From a virus, in IMG/VR virus record IMGVR_UViG_3300017605_000706, positions 1-64,000 of that record: DNA of 64,000 nucleotides; one strand, given 5' to 3'. Positions 37,850 to 47,788 of this stretch are shown piece by piece; positions within the stretch are counted from its first letter, which is position 1; every line of letters starts with the position of its first letter. Below the pieces are notes generated by a model. The model did no database searches. It was not told where the DNA came from and was given only the letters and a program-made list of their open reading frames with translations. The position numbers were made by a program, and so were the translations under genes.

Positions 37850-38296
37850 GTGGCCAAGGCGCCTGCAAATCGCCGCGTCAAGCATCAACACGACGCCATG
37901 ACTGCCGCCAAGCGCGGCCAGTGTCGCGTTGCGGCCGTGCACATGCAGAGCGCCAAGCCTACTCGAGGCAGCTCGCCCGTCGAGCGCAGCCACTTCAAGC
38001 GCGCGGCGGCGATCGTCCATGAGAACTGTCAGTGGTCGGCGGCCAGGCTCGCCGGGCCATCGGCGGACTCGAGCAAGTATATCGTCACGTGGGGCGCGGG
38101 TTCGCAGCGTGAAGAGTTTATCACCGATGCGCTCAAGCTCGCCAAGCGCAAGAGCGGTAGTCCGTTCGGCGCGTCGATCTATCGCCGTGACAAGCCAGGG
38201 CGCGGAACACTGATCGCGACCTGCGCGAACGCTGTCTGTAAGCCGGTCAGCGGCCAGACACTGTCTGGCGCCAAGTCCAAAAAGAGGCGGAGATGA
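37850..38296 (+). CDS. basic protein
   Basis: A..G.C..A motif shared with 37610; ends LSGAKSKKRRR. Confidence 0.6.
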   Translation: MAKAPANRRVKHQHDAMTAAKRGQCRVAAVHMQSAKPTRGSSPVERSHFKRAAAIVHENCQWSAARLAGPSADSSKYIVTWGAGSQREEFITDALKLAKRKSGSPFGASIYRRDKPGRGTLIATCANAVCKPVSGQTLSGAKSKKRRR

Positions 38297-38637
38297 GCAC
38301 ATCGACGTCAAAGATTGTCGGTTTTGGCAGCGCCGGTGTCGCTGCGGCGGCTCTTGTCGTGTCGTTTCTGCACAAGCCTAAGGCTACCAAGATCATCGCA
38401 AGCCTAAGCGGTGTCCTCGGCGCGACAACTCTTGGCCTAGCCGGCCGGCAGATGACCGTAACCCACACGCTCATGCCTGCGCCAGGAGGCCAAGCGGACC
38501 AGTCAAACTCTACAGCGCTTCGCGCAGTCGCCTTTGGCGGCGGCGCGCTCCTGACGAGCGCGGTTGCGCTGTTGATCGGATCAAGCTCGTGCAAGGCGCC
38601 CAAGGCGCTGGGGCGCGCTCGAGGAAGAAGGAGATAG
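38293..38637 (+). CDS. multi-TM membrane protein with basic tail
   Basis: three hydrophobic segments; ends LGRARGRRR. Confidence 0.55.
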   Translation: MSTSTSKIVGFGSAGVAAAALVVSFLHKPKATKIIASLSGVLGATTLGLAGRQMTVTHTLMPAPGGQADQSNSTALRAVAFGGGALLTSAVALLIGSSSCKAPKALGRARGRRR

Positions 38638-38640
38638 CCG

Positions 38641-38907
38641 ATGCCTCGTGGAAAATGCAGCCGTGCCGCGTTCGCGGCAAAGATCCGCGACGTCAAGCGC
38701 CTCCGTTCGAAGGTCCCGGCGGATCTACGCCCGCTGTTCAACCACCTGCTCAAGCTGTCTATAAACAGCGTCGAGCATGGTTACTGCCAACGCGCGGGAC
38801 AAGAAATCGCCTACGCGCGCAAGCTCTACCAGAAGCATGGCCTCGGGTACGTCTACCAGGGAACGCCGCAGCGTAGCTGGAAGGCTTCCCGCAGGAAAGG
38901 TCGTTGA
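38641..38907 (+). CDS. basic protein with LGYVY tail
   Basis: ends HGLGYVYQGTPQRSWKASRRKGR. Confidence 0.7.
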   Translation: MPRGKCSRAAFAAKIRDVKRLRSKVPADLRPLFNHLLKLSINSVEHGYCQRAGQEIAYARKLYQKHGLGYVYQGTPQRSWKASRRKGR

Positions 38908-38909
38908 AA

Positions 38910-39206
38910 ATGTACCTAGCAGAAGCCACCGGGTTCGATGCCGCTACTTGGATCGCCGCACGCGGTGGCGCAGGCGTCGTCACGCCGTATCAAGTTGCGC
39001 TGCTCTTCACCGATAGCGCAGCCAACCAGTGGGACTCGATCGCCGCGAGCCTCATCGCCGCCAACGTCCCGTCGAGTGTCGTCAGCACGGGCCGCGGGTT
39101 CGCCAACCAAGTCGGCATCACGCCTGATTGGCGCGTGAAGGCAAAGTGGGCAGGCATTGGCGCTCTCGGTGGAGCCATCCTGTGCATTCTGGGAAACCGT
39201 CGATGA
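38910..39206 (+). CDS. tail-anchored protein
   Basis: C-terminal WAGIGALGGAILCILGNRR. Confidence 0.55.
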   Translation: MYLAEATGFDAATWIAARGGAGVVTPYQVALLFTDSAANQWDSIAASLIAANVPSSVVSTGRGFANQVGITPDWRVKAKWAGIGALGGAILCILGNRR

Positions 39207-39694
39207 TGAGCCTCGGGCTTCTGCCCAAGAAGACGCACGGTTCTGGGGGCCTCTTTGGTACGGAAGGCCAACCTACAGACCTAACTTCGTTCGTCGCTTG
39301 GCTCGCCACGAAGCCCGCGACTGATATTGTCTACATCGTTGACGACAAGAATCCGCAGGGTACGGTCGTCACCGTCGAAGCTTGGCAGGCGATCGACGCC
39401 GACGCCAAGTCCAAGAAGATCAACTTTCAGCTGCGCGACGCCAACATCAAGAACGCGCCTGCGTTGGCCATCAAAGCCGTCGGGCCTGCCGGCATGTTGC
39501 ACGACGCGCTGGCGAAAGTCCTCAGCCAACCGCTGCCCACGCAGCCGGTCACGATCAAGGCCGACCCCGTTCGAACCGGCGCTAAAGTCGTCATGGCCCT
39601 CAGCGCCGTGACGGCGGTTGGGCTGCTGCTCCTCTGGTACGGACCGGGCGCGAAGAAACGCTACCCGCATCGCTACGCCAGGGCCAGCCGATAG
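39203..39694 (+). CDS. tail-anchored protein
   Basis: C-terminal TM followed by KKR. Confidence 0.55.
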   Translation: MMSLGLLPKKTHGSGGLFGTEGQPTDLTSFVAWLATKPATDIVYIVDDKNPQGTVVTVEAWQAIDADAKSKKINFQLRDANIKNAPALAIKAVGPAGMLHDALAKVLSQPLPTQPVTIKADPVRTGAKVVMALSAVTAVGLLLLWYGPGAKKRYPHRYARASR

Positions 39695-40160
39695 ACTGCA
39701 GCAAGTCGCGATCAGCGCGAGTGAGCGCCGCGCCTGCGATCGACGACATGGCGCCTTGGTTCGGCGCTAGATGACCCCCTGAGTTCAAGATCAGGTGGCC
39801 TAACTCATGGGTCGCGACGTTAGCGCGGTCTTTGCCCTGGGCGTCTTCGCGGATCCAGAACGCCCTGTCGACCAGATAGGCCCGTCCCCACGCTGGATCC
39901 TCGCCCTCCATGCGATCCGCCCACACTGTAATATCGAGACGGCACTCTCGGTTTTCGTACTTGAACCATTGCGGCCTGCAGACCGGCAAAGGCGGCGCCG
40001 AGGCTACTAGCACTTTGAATCCGCATTCTTCCCAGCGCTTCGCGCCCTCGACGACCTTGTCGTGCTCAGCGACGCCCCGCCCGAAGTGTAAGACGATCGT
40101 CGGTAGGCTCTTGGGGTAGCACGCGGTGGTAAAGGTAAGCAGAAGTACTAAAACCCTCAC
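39600..40160 (-). CDS. zincin metallopeptidase, putative lipoprotein
   Basis: LLLTFTTAC signal; HELGHLILNSGGH followed by Met. Confidence 0.6.
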   Translation of the reverse strand: MRVLVLLLTFTTACYPKSLPTIVLHFGRGVAEHDKVVEGAKRWEECGFKVLVASAPPLPVCRPQWFKYENRECRLDITVWADRMEGEDPAWGRAYLVDRAFWIREDAQGKDRANVATHELGHLILNSGGHLAPNQGAMSSIAGAALTRADRDLLQSIGWPWRSDAGSVSSRPVRTRGAAAQPPSRR

Positions 40161-40178
40161 CCGAGAATAGTATCACGT

Positions 40179-41237
40179 TCATTGACGCAGAATCTCGGCA
40201 ATTCGTGAACCGGCTCCACCGTCGCCGAACCGCCCACGCGACTTCCGGCGGCACCTGATCGCGACAGGGACCATTCGTAGTAGTTCATCGATCTGATCGC
40301 CTATCAGCCGGCAAGCGCTGTCCAGCGCTTCGGGGCGCTCAGTCTCACGCCGCAGGATCAGGCACGGCTTCTCGGCGTCCGCCGCTTCTTCGATGAGGCC
40401 CCCTGAGTCCGTAATGACCAAGCTCGACCAGTCTACAAGCTGCGCCATCGCCGTGTGCTCGAGAGGGCCAGGCAAAACAACATGGGGCGGCAAGACAGCC
40501 TCTTGCATCATGGCTTTGAGCTTGGGGTTGGCGTGCGCGGGCCAAACGGCCAAGTAGTCCTTCGGCAAGCTGGCGATCAAAGACACGAGCTTGGGCATGA
40601 TGCTGTCCCACGCCTCGCGTCGGTGGCACGTAATCAAGATGATCGGCTTGCCCGCAGCCCGCTCGACGATGTCCGAGACGATCGACGGCGTCGTGTGCTC
40701 AAGAGCCGATCGGAACGCGTCGATACCCGTGTTGCCGGTGACGTGAATCTCACCCTCAACCTGTTCCCGACGAAGGTTCCGCGCTGCCGCCTGCGTGGGC
40801 GCGAAGTGCAGTGTGGCGATCTTCGAGATCGCGCGGCGGTTCATCTCTTCAGGAAACGGGCTAAACACCGTCGGCGAGCGCAAGCCGGCTTCGATGTGCG
40901 CCACGCGTGTCCCGCTCAAGAACGCGGCCTGAGCGCCTGCGAATGCCGTGGCGGTATCGCCTTGCACCACGGCGTACGCATACTCCCCCCAGCCTACCCT
41001 ACCCGATCCCAACTCCTTGATAGCATTACCGACGAACTCCGTCAAGCTTCCTGTTGTACGATCGACTTCGATCCACTGATCAGGGATCAGGCCCTGCTCG
41101 CGGAGATGGCTAGTCAACAGCTCGCGGTGTTGCGTAACAGCGATCAGATGACATGACTTGCCGAGCGCACGAACGGTACTGGCGACCTTCATGCATTCCG
41201 GTCTAGTGCCTATGATGACAGCCCCCCGGCGCGTCAC
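40179..41237 (-). CDS. wecB: UDP-N-acetylglucosamine 2-epimerase (non-hydrolysing)
   Basis: GTRPE, QGDT, HIEAGLRS, PFPEE.NR, TGNT.ID, HRRE, TDSGG..EEA, TERPE. Confidence 0.92.
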   Translation of the reverse strand: MTRRGAVIIGTRPECMKVASTVRALGKSCHLIAVTQHRELLTSHLREQGLIPDQWIEVDRTTGSLTEFVGNAIKELGSGRVGWGEYAYAVVQGDTATAFAGAQAAFLSGTRVAHIEAGLRSPTVFSPFPEEMNRRAISKIATLHFAPTQAAARNLRREQVEGEIHVTGNTGIDAFRSALEHTTPSIVSDIVERAAGKPIILITCHRREAWDSIMPKLVSLIASLPKDYLAVWPAHANPKLKAMMQEAVLPPHVVLPGPLEHTAMAQLVDWSSLVITDSGGLIEEAADAEKPCLILRRETERPEALDSACRLIGDQIDELLRMVPVAIRCRRKSRGRFGDGGAGSRIAEILRQ

Positions 41238-41298
41238 ACCTTGATGCTAACACAGTTGACGGGCAGGTTCGACCTATAGCAGGCTAGGCGGAGTTCTG

Positions 41299-42879
41299 AT
41301 GACAAGACCTTTGGTTTGCGGGTTCCTGAAAGCGCGTAACGAAATTCTGAGGGGTAACCTCCACCGTTGCATAGAGAACCTGTCTAAGTACGTAGACACG
41401 ATCGTTGCGTGCGACGACGGCAGCACCGACGGTACACGTGAGTACCTTCAAAGCGTCATTCCAAAAGATCAGCTGCTCTTGATCGATCCCGGTGATCAGG
41501 ACTTTCGTAAAGAGCTGGCTGTCAAGAATCAGATGCTTGATATGGTCAGACGGATCAACCCGGTGTTCGTCTTCTGGGCAGACACCGACGAGACCGTCGA
41601 CGAAAGCCAAATCCACCTGATCCGGCCTTTCCTGCTTGCGCAGAAAGACAAGCACGAGGTTCACGCCTGGCGCTCTCACTACCTACAGCTGTGGCGCAAC
41701 AAAGAGTACTGCCGCACCGACGACGGATTTGGGGACGGGCGCTTCGTCAAAGTATGGCGGTGGCAGCCGGGACTTAGCTTCAGAATCATTGATGGCACTC
41801 ACCACCAGCAGTTTCCCCAGCAGATCGACCTCACGAAAGTCGAAGACACGCCTTGGAAAGTCATCCACTGGGGCAACTACGGGGTGAGCCTTCGCTGGAA
41901 AGCTATTCAGTACTACGGCGGTCTCGGTGGCGTTGAGCGTCACATGAACTTCGAGGATGCGACTTACGAGTCGACGGACAAGCTTCTCGGCAAGCCGGTA
42001 TCAGCGCCGCTGGCGCCCAAGCCGGTCCCGTACACGCCTCGTGAGAAGCGCGTCATTCTTGACATGAAGAACCTGAAGAATCTGCCTTCATGGTTCACAG
42101 TGGTTATTCCTACGTTCAATCGTGCTGCGTTTCTGCCTGAGACGCTCAACTCGCTCCTACGTCAGACGTACCAGAATTGGGTAGCTGTCGTCCTCGATGA
42201 CGGCTCGACGGACAACACGTACGATTTGATGCAGAAAGCGATGGAACGCGACCCGCGTATCTTCTACTGTCGCTACGACAAGCTCGGCGCAGTCGCCATG
42301 AATGAGCGCGGCGGTGACATGGCAAGTGAGTTCACTGAGTACTGGACGCGCCTTGGCAGTGATGACACGTTCGAGCCTCACAAACTGCGCATGGACGCGG
42401 CTGCGATGAGCCTCGGGCACGATCTTGTCTATGGGTCGTACCGTGTACACAGAGACGGCGCGCTCGCGGAGATCTGCAACCTGCCCGAGGACAAGACAGC
42501 GCTTCGGGACCGCTTTGCCGCTGGCGGTTTCGCGGTCTCGTGGGCTAATATTGCGTGCACGTCAAAGCTGCTACGTAAAGTCAAGAAGCACTACGGTTCG
42601 TATTGCGACGCGCGCCTACGTAACATGGAAGACTTCCTGGTCAACTACAGGCTCACGCGCTTTGCGAAGCCGGTCTGGCGTGGCATCTACAAAGACACCG
42701 TCATCATCGACCCTGGCGTGCCCATGATCGAACAGATGAGCGCGGATCGTGACAACATCAAGCATGACGCCATGTGGCGCGTGAACCCGGTTGGCGCGTC
42801 ATCGGACACTCAGACAACTGCAAACGAAGACGTTCTCACTCGAGAGCTGATCGCCGAGGACATCAAGAAATGGATCTGA
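41299..42879 (+). CDS. tandem GT2 glycosyltransferase
   Basis: DDGSTDG/DTDE domain followed by VVIPTFNR..DDGSTD..GSDD domain. Confidence 0.85.
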   Translation: MTRPLVCGFLKARNEILRGNLHRCIENLSKYVDTIVACDDGSTDGTREYLQSVIPKDQLLLIDPGDQDFRKELAVKNQMLDMVRRINPVFVFWADTDETVDESQIHLIRPFLLAQKDKHEVHAWRSHYLQLWRNKEYCRTDDGFGDGRFVKVWRWQPGLSFRIIDGTHHQQFPQQIDLTKVEDTPWKVIHWGNYGVSLRWKAIQYYGGLGGVERHMNFEDATYESTDKLLGKPVSAPLAPKPVPYTPREKRVILDMKNLKNLPSWFTVVIPTFNRAAFLPETLNSLLRQTYQNWVAVVLDDGSTDNTYDLMQKAMERDPRIFYCRYDKLGAVAMNERGGDMASEFTEYWTRLGSDDTFEPHKLRMDAAAMSLGHDLVYGSYRVHRDGALAEICNLPEDKTALRDRFAAGGFAVSWANIACTSKLLRKVKKHYGSYCDARLRNMEDFLVNYRLTRFAKPVWRGIYKDTVIIDPGVPMIEQMSADRDNIKHDAMWRVNPVGASSDTQTTANEDVLTRELIAEDIKKWI

Positions 42880-43526
42880 TCAAGGCCCGGGAATTCTGGA
42901 CGTGCGCGGCCGGCTTCCCTGTAGATAAAGAAGCAATTTATCCCCAGCACAGGATCGCTCAGCAGTTCGACGATATCGTTGCTAAGAGCGTCCTCGAATA
43001 CGGCTGTGGCGGAGGCTCTGATACGCTGAGCTTCCTGCGCCGCGGCAACCGCGTGTACTACGCGGACATCGTACCGGGCAACGTTCAGACAACGTCGTCG
43101 CGTGTGGCCGATGCAGGCTTCGCGTCGATGGCTCGGCCGATTACGCTTGCTGCGTCGGACGCGATCCCGCTCAAGGATGCGTCGATCGACGTTGTCTCGA
43201 GCCATGGCGTAATTCACCACATTGAAGAGCCGTTCGCAGTCCTGCTCGAGTTCCATCGGATCCTGAAGCCTGGCGGTTTGATCTACGTCATGTTGTACAG
43301 TGAAAAGCTGCGCGCGGATCTTGATCCTGAGGTCAAGAAGCGGACTGACAGAGGCGCGTCCGAAGGTCGCGCGTTCGGCGAAGCTACCGACGGTGACGGC
43401 TGTCCGTACGCAAGGCCGTACACTGAATCAGAGGGCCGCGATCTGCTCACGAACGCAGGCTTCACCGTCACGAGTACGTATGAATATCTCGACGGCAAGT
43501 TCAGGACTTTCAGGGGAGTCAAGTGA
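42870..43526 (+). CDS. class I SAM methyltransferase
   Basis: VLEYGCGGG, IPLKDASIDVV, HRILKPGG. Confidence 0.85.
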   Translation: MDLIKAREFWTCAAGFPVDKEAIYPQHRIAQQFDDIVAKSVLEYGCGGGSDTLSFLRRGNRVYYADIVPGNVQTTSSRVADAGFASMARPITLAASDAIPLKDASIDVVSSHGVIHHIEEPFAVLLEFHRILKPGGLIYVMLYSEKLRADLDPEVKKRTDRGASEGRAFGEATDGDGCPYARPYTESEGRDLLTNAGFTVTSTYEYLDGKFRTFRGVK

Positions 43527-44126
43527 TCTTTGCGAAGTCGGATAAACTGGAAACGTGCACGTGCTTTTGCCACATTCCAGAAGGCAAGCAGTGGCGGCTA
43601 CACTGCTTCGGCCCGTGCTGTGATCAGCCTGATCAAAGCGCGCCCGATCCTATGATTGCAGGGCAAATCAAGGCTGAACATGACCGCGTTCTAATGGGAG
43701 TCAAGTAAATGGCGAGTCGTAAAAAAGTCACGATCGACGTTTTGTCTAACGGTTTCGTCGTAGACTACATAGGTTCTTCTAGTATCGCGCATCCACGCGT
43801 CATCAAGACGTTCGAGGAACTCGCCACTGAGTTGTGGTCGCTTCTAGGCGAAGCACACAACGTCGGCGATAGGGCCGACTTGATCGTCACGCGAAGCGGC
43901 GTAACGACGTCTGCTGACAAGATCAGGAAGCACTGACAGCGATGATCTTCGAGCGAAGAACAGACGATGTCGACTTGAGAAAGCAGCCATGCTGCTGCTG
44001 TGTCTGCAAAGAAGTGTCGTTGTGCACGCCGTCCAACGACTTCTATACGACGCCGATCACGGGCGATTTTCTCGTCTGTGAGCGGTGCTTTTGGGCCAAT
44101 CGGCATCAAGACGTGGAGATGACCAA

Positions 44127-44672
44127 GTGCCGCTAACGTCACCGCACTTCAGCGACAAGATCGAAGATTGGTTGCGCATCGTCCAGGCTGGCGGCGAGGC
44201 GCTGTTCACGGACAAAGACGTGCTGGATCTCGGGCCGTCCTACGGTATCGACACGTACATGTTCGCGCCCAAGTGCCGTAGCTACACCGTCGTCGAGACG
44301 GCGCCTGACGTCCTCGAGCATCTCGCCAAGCTTCAATCCGTCGTCAACTTCAACGTCGTCGTGCACAACCTCCAACGCACGCTGCCGTTCTCCGACGCCA
44401 GCTTCGACCTCGTCATGGACCTGGGTACGCTCGACAACGTCTTGGGCGGTGTCCTGCCATACCAAGAGTGCATGCGCGTCCTGCGCCCTGGAGGCCTGTT
44501 CCTCTGCGCGTTCGCGAACCAGGAAGTCTTGGGAACGCGCTTTTCGGAGTGTGGCGACGAAGAGCGCCGTACGTACCACGAGCTTGTTGCGCTACTGACC
44601 GACGCGGGCGCCAAAGACGTCGTCGGTGCGCGAGTCATGCAGGCTCGTGCGGGCCTGATTGCGAGGAAGTAG
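44127..44672 (+). CDS. class I SAM methyltransferase
   Basis: VLDLGPSYG, LPFSDASFDLV, RVLRPGG. Confidence 0.8.
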   Translation: MPLTSPHFSDKIEDWLRIVQAGGEALFTDKDVLDLGPSYGIDTYMFAPKCRSYTVVETAPDVLEHLAKLQSVVNFNVVVHNLQRTLPFSDASFDLVMDLGTLDNVLGGVLPYQECMRVLRPGGLFLCAFANQEVLGTRFSECGDEERRTYHELVALLTDAGAKDVVGARVMQARAGLIARK

Positions 44673-45974
44673 ATGACTAGCTACGATTTGGCCGTTCATT
44701 CCGGCGGATACGTCGGTCTCACGTGCGCGATCCATTTCGCAAAGGCAGGTAAGCGCGTCATCTGCTACGATCCCGATAGCCGTGTCGTTGACGGCATCAA
44801 CTCAGGACAGCCGAAGGCCGGCGAATTCCTGGGTTACCTCGGCAATACGTACCCGCGCGAGAACCTGATTGCCACGAGCACCTTCGAAGAGACTCTAAGC
44901 TGCGACGTTCATATCCTGGCCGTCCCCAGTGAAAAAGATGACGAGCCTTGGATGTTGATTGTTGAGGGCTGCCTCAGCATGATCGCGCGTGAGCGCGCTG
45001 GTAAGAAGACGCTTGTCATCATCGAGAGCACGCTTCAGCCGGGCGCCGTTGACGGCTTTATCAGGGCCAACTCGAGCCTGATCTCGGACACGCTCGAGAT
45101 CGCTGTCTGTCCAAGGCGCGACTGGTTCGCTGATTCTAATAAGAATCTCAGTAGCTTACCTCGCGTCGTCGGCGGCTACACGCCAAGTGCGACTGATTGG
45201 GCATGCGAAGTCCTGTCGACCGTCACGCCGCCCGAGAAGCTCATGAAGACGAGCTATCGAACTGCCGAAGTCACTAAGGCGCTAGAGAACGCGCTCTTCC
45301 ACGCGCCCATCGCGTTGTGCCACAGCCTTGCGCTAGCCTACCCCGAGCTGGATATCGCCGAAGCGGCGCGCCTCGCAGCGACGCACTGGCGCTTCGAGAG
45401 CTTCGGCGGTCTGCACCTGAACTTGGGCACCTCTGGAAGATGTGTGCCAATCGGCTCGAAATATTTGCGCGACGGCGCAGGTGATCAGATTGTCGATCTG
45501 CTCGATTCTGTCCTCGATACCGAAGACGAGATGCCCGAGGCCGTCGCCCAGGCGATCACGCGGCGTATAGGGCCTGACGCGCGCGTATTGATCCTCGGTG
45601 TCGCGTATCGGCCTGGGTTCCGGGACGCCGGCATGTCGGGCGGGCTACGCGTAGCCCGCGCGTTCATGAGCCCCGTCAAGATTGACTTCGCCGATCCCGT
45701 CTTCGCCAATTACGAGATCTGCGACTTAGCGCGCAAGTACGGCCTTCAGAACTTCGAAATCGTCGACGTGGGTGAACTGCACGAAGAGCGTTTGGCGACG
45801 TATGCCGCTGTCATCTTGGCCACACCGCACGCGCAGTTTGCGAACCTGCCTGAGCGCTTCACGCGACTAGGCCAAGTGCTGTTCGACGCGCGCGGCGCGT
45901 GGCTATCCCAGAGACAAACGTTCCAAGATCGTAGTATACTGTACTTGAACGTTGGCTCACCGGGATGGCGTTGA
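44673..45974 (+). CDS. UDP-glucose/GDP-mannose dehydrogenase family (WecC-like)
   Basis: GYVGL, IESTLQPG, AE.TK..EN, GRCVP, LGVAY. Confidence 0.8.
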   Translation: MTSYDLAVHSGGYVGLTCAIHFAKAGKRVICYDPDSRVVDGINSGQPKAGEFLGYLGNTYPRENLIATSTFEETLSCDVHILAVPSEKDDEPWMLIVEGCLSMIARERAGKKTLVIIESTLQPGAVDGFIRANSSLISDTLEIAVCPRRDWFADSNKNLSSLPRVVGGYTPSATDWACEVLSTVTPPEKLMKTSYRTAEVTKALENALFHAPIALCHSLALAYPELDIAEAARLAATHWRFESFGGLHLNLGTSGRCVPIGSKYLRDGAGDQIVDLLDSVLDTEDEMPEAVAQAITRRIGPDARVLILGVAYRPGFRDAGMSGGLRVARAFMSPVKIDFADPVFANYEICDLARKYGLQNFEIVDVGELHEERLATYAAVILATPHAQFANLPERFTRLGQVLFDARGAWLSQRQTFQDRSILYLNVGSPGWR

Positions 45975-45977
45975 GAT

Positions 45978-46358
45978 ATGGCTAACCGCCCAGGAATCAC
46001 CGAAGCGAGCCAGCGCGCGCAGGAACGCGTACGCGCGACAGTGACCACACCTCGGAGTAGCATGGCTAAAGATTACGTATTCGACGCAGCTCGTTTTGCA
46101 GGCGAGCGTTCTGACCCAGACACGCATACGTACCTCGTCGAAATTCATCAAGCAGGCGAGACTGTGTTCACCAACCGTGTCGACGCCCTCAGCGTCGAAG
46201 GCGCGCTAAGCGCAACGCGCCAGCGCCTCGACAGCTTGTCGCTCGAAGACCGCAAGAGACTCGTCGGCGACGCGCCGTACGAGATCCAAATCTCTCGCCG
46301 ATTCAAAATCGTTCCCAAAGTCGTCCATATCGTCGTAGATACCGAGGAAGTGACCTGA
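45978..46358 (+). CDS. hypothetical protein
   Basis: ORF within the operon. Confidence 0.55.
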   Translation: MANRPGITEASQRAQERVRATVTTPRSSMAKDYVFDAARFAGERSDPDTHTYLVEIHQAGETVFTNRVDALSVEGALSATRQRLDSLSLEDRKRLVGDAPYEIQISRRFKIVPKVVHIVVDTEEVT

Positions 46359-47419
46359 TGTCGTCGAGCGGTTGTAGCACAAAGCGCCCCAGTTCTGCCG
46401 CGTTGGCCCCAACCAAGCTGCGCCTCGTAGTTACAGGGGCAAAAGGCTTTGTGGGATCGATCCTGTCGCTACGCGCTGTCGAGCGCGGTCATAGCGTTCT
46501 CGCGCTCGATAACGAGTCGCGAGGCCTGAACCCGATCGGTGCCAAGATAGGCGACTCGTACCAGAAATTCGACTGCATGCAGGGTATCGCAGAGGCGGTC
46601 AAGACACGCGGCTGGGATCGCATCGACGCTGTCGTGCACCTGGCCGCTGCGACTGGCAGCCTTGAACGCCCTCTCGATGAGCTGCTCGAGTTCAACGTCG
46701 GCATGACCCAGCACGTCTACACTGACGCGCTCGCGCTCGGCGCCAAGACGTTCCTGTGGCCGACGACAAGCCTCGCGCTAGGCGTACCCGATAGCCCCTA
46801 CGTAGAGTCCAAGGAGCAAGCACTCCGCTGGCTGCTCCAAGTAGACAAGCAGGCGCGCATCTCACAGCCCGTGCGCTTCTTCAACATGACTGGCGCATAC
46901 AAAGGCCTGACCGAGCGCCGGCTCAATGAAGTGCACATCCTACCCGTGATGCTACAGAAGTATCAGGCACGCGAGCAGTTCGTCGTCAACGGTGGCGACT
47001 ACGCGACTGTAGATGGTAGCCCCAGCCGAGACTTCACGAACATCGTCGACGCCGTCGACACGCTGCTAGACATCGCTGAGAACCGCGCTCGAGGTAAAGT
47101 TGATCAGCCTCGCGCCAAGGACGAAGCCGTCTGGCTGGGTACCGGCCAGAGTACGACGGTCCTCGAGCTGATCAAGATGTTCGATCAGTGGGTAGGCGCG
47201 CTTGACTACAAGATCGGCCCACGGCGCGCGTTCGACTGCGGGTCTCTGATTGTCGAGCCTACGCAGGCCTCGCAGTTCAAGGCCATGCGAGGCGGCCTCG
47301 TACCCGTGCGCATCTCGGTGCGCGATGAGCTAATGGCGCTCATGGAAGACCCCGCAGCGGTCGCAGCTGAAGAGCCTGTCACAGAGACGGTCTTAAATCG
47401 AGTTGTGGAGACAGACTGA
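46358..47419 (+). CDS. NAD-dependent epimerase (GalE-like SDR)
   Basis: VTGAKGFVG, HLAA, Y..SK, RFFN..GA, DGSP.RDF. Confidence 0.85.
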   Translation: MSSSGCSTKRPSSAALAPTKLRLVVTGAKGFVGSILSLRAVERGHSVLALDNESRGLNPIGAKIGDSYQKFDCMQGIAEAVKTRGWDRIDAVVHLAAATGSLERPLDELLEFNVGMTQHVYTDALALGAKTFLWPTTSLALGVPDSPYVESKEQALRWLLQVDKQARISQPVRFFNMTGAYKGLTERRLNEVHILPVMLQKYQAREQFVVNGGDYATVDGSPSRDFTNIVDAVDTLLDIAENRARGKVDQPRAKDEAVWLGTGQSTTVLELIKMFDQWVGALDYKIGPRRAFDCGSLIVEPTQASQFKAMRGGLVPVRISVRDELMALMEDPAAVAAEEPVTETVLNRVVETD

Positions 47420-47422
47420 AAA

Positions 47423-47605
47423 ATGAAGATAGAGCAGATCAACAAGCTAGTGCGTAACCAGATCATCTACCATATTCAAGAAGATCTAAATGGTGGAGAA
47501 GGCCTCATGAAAGAGGTGTGGGAGGCGCTTGAAACGGACGCTGATTTTGGCGCAGCCCATACGGAAATGAAGCGTATTATCGAGGCGATCAAGACACTGA
47601 AATGA
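47423..47605 (+). CDS. small protein, tandem paralog A
   Basis: KLVRNQII..LMKEVWEALE. Confidence 0.6.
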   Translation: MKIEQINKLVRNQIIYHIQEDLNGGEGLMKEVWEALETDADFGAAHTEMKRIIEAIKTLK

Positions 47606-47787
47606 CTCAGCAAGACGTCCGCAAGCTTGTCCGCCAGCAGATCATTGCCGCGATCAAGTACGATCTTGACACACGCGGCGATCTGCTTATGAAAGACGTC
47701 TGGGCGGCTCTCGAGGACGACGCCCAATTCGCGACAGCTCATGACGAGCTGCGCGCTATTATCGCCCGGATAGGCCCTAGTAAGTAA
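47602..47787 (+). CDS. small protein, tandem paralog B
   Basis: KLVRQQII..LMKDVWAALE. Confidence 0.6.
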   Translation: MTQQDVRKLVRQQIIAAIKYDLDTRGDLLMKDVWAALEDDAQFATAHDELRAIIARIGPSK

Positions 47788-47788
47788 A

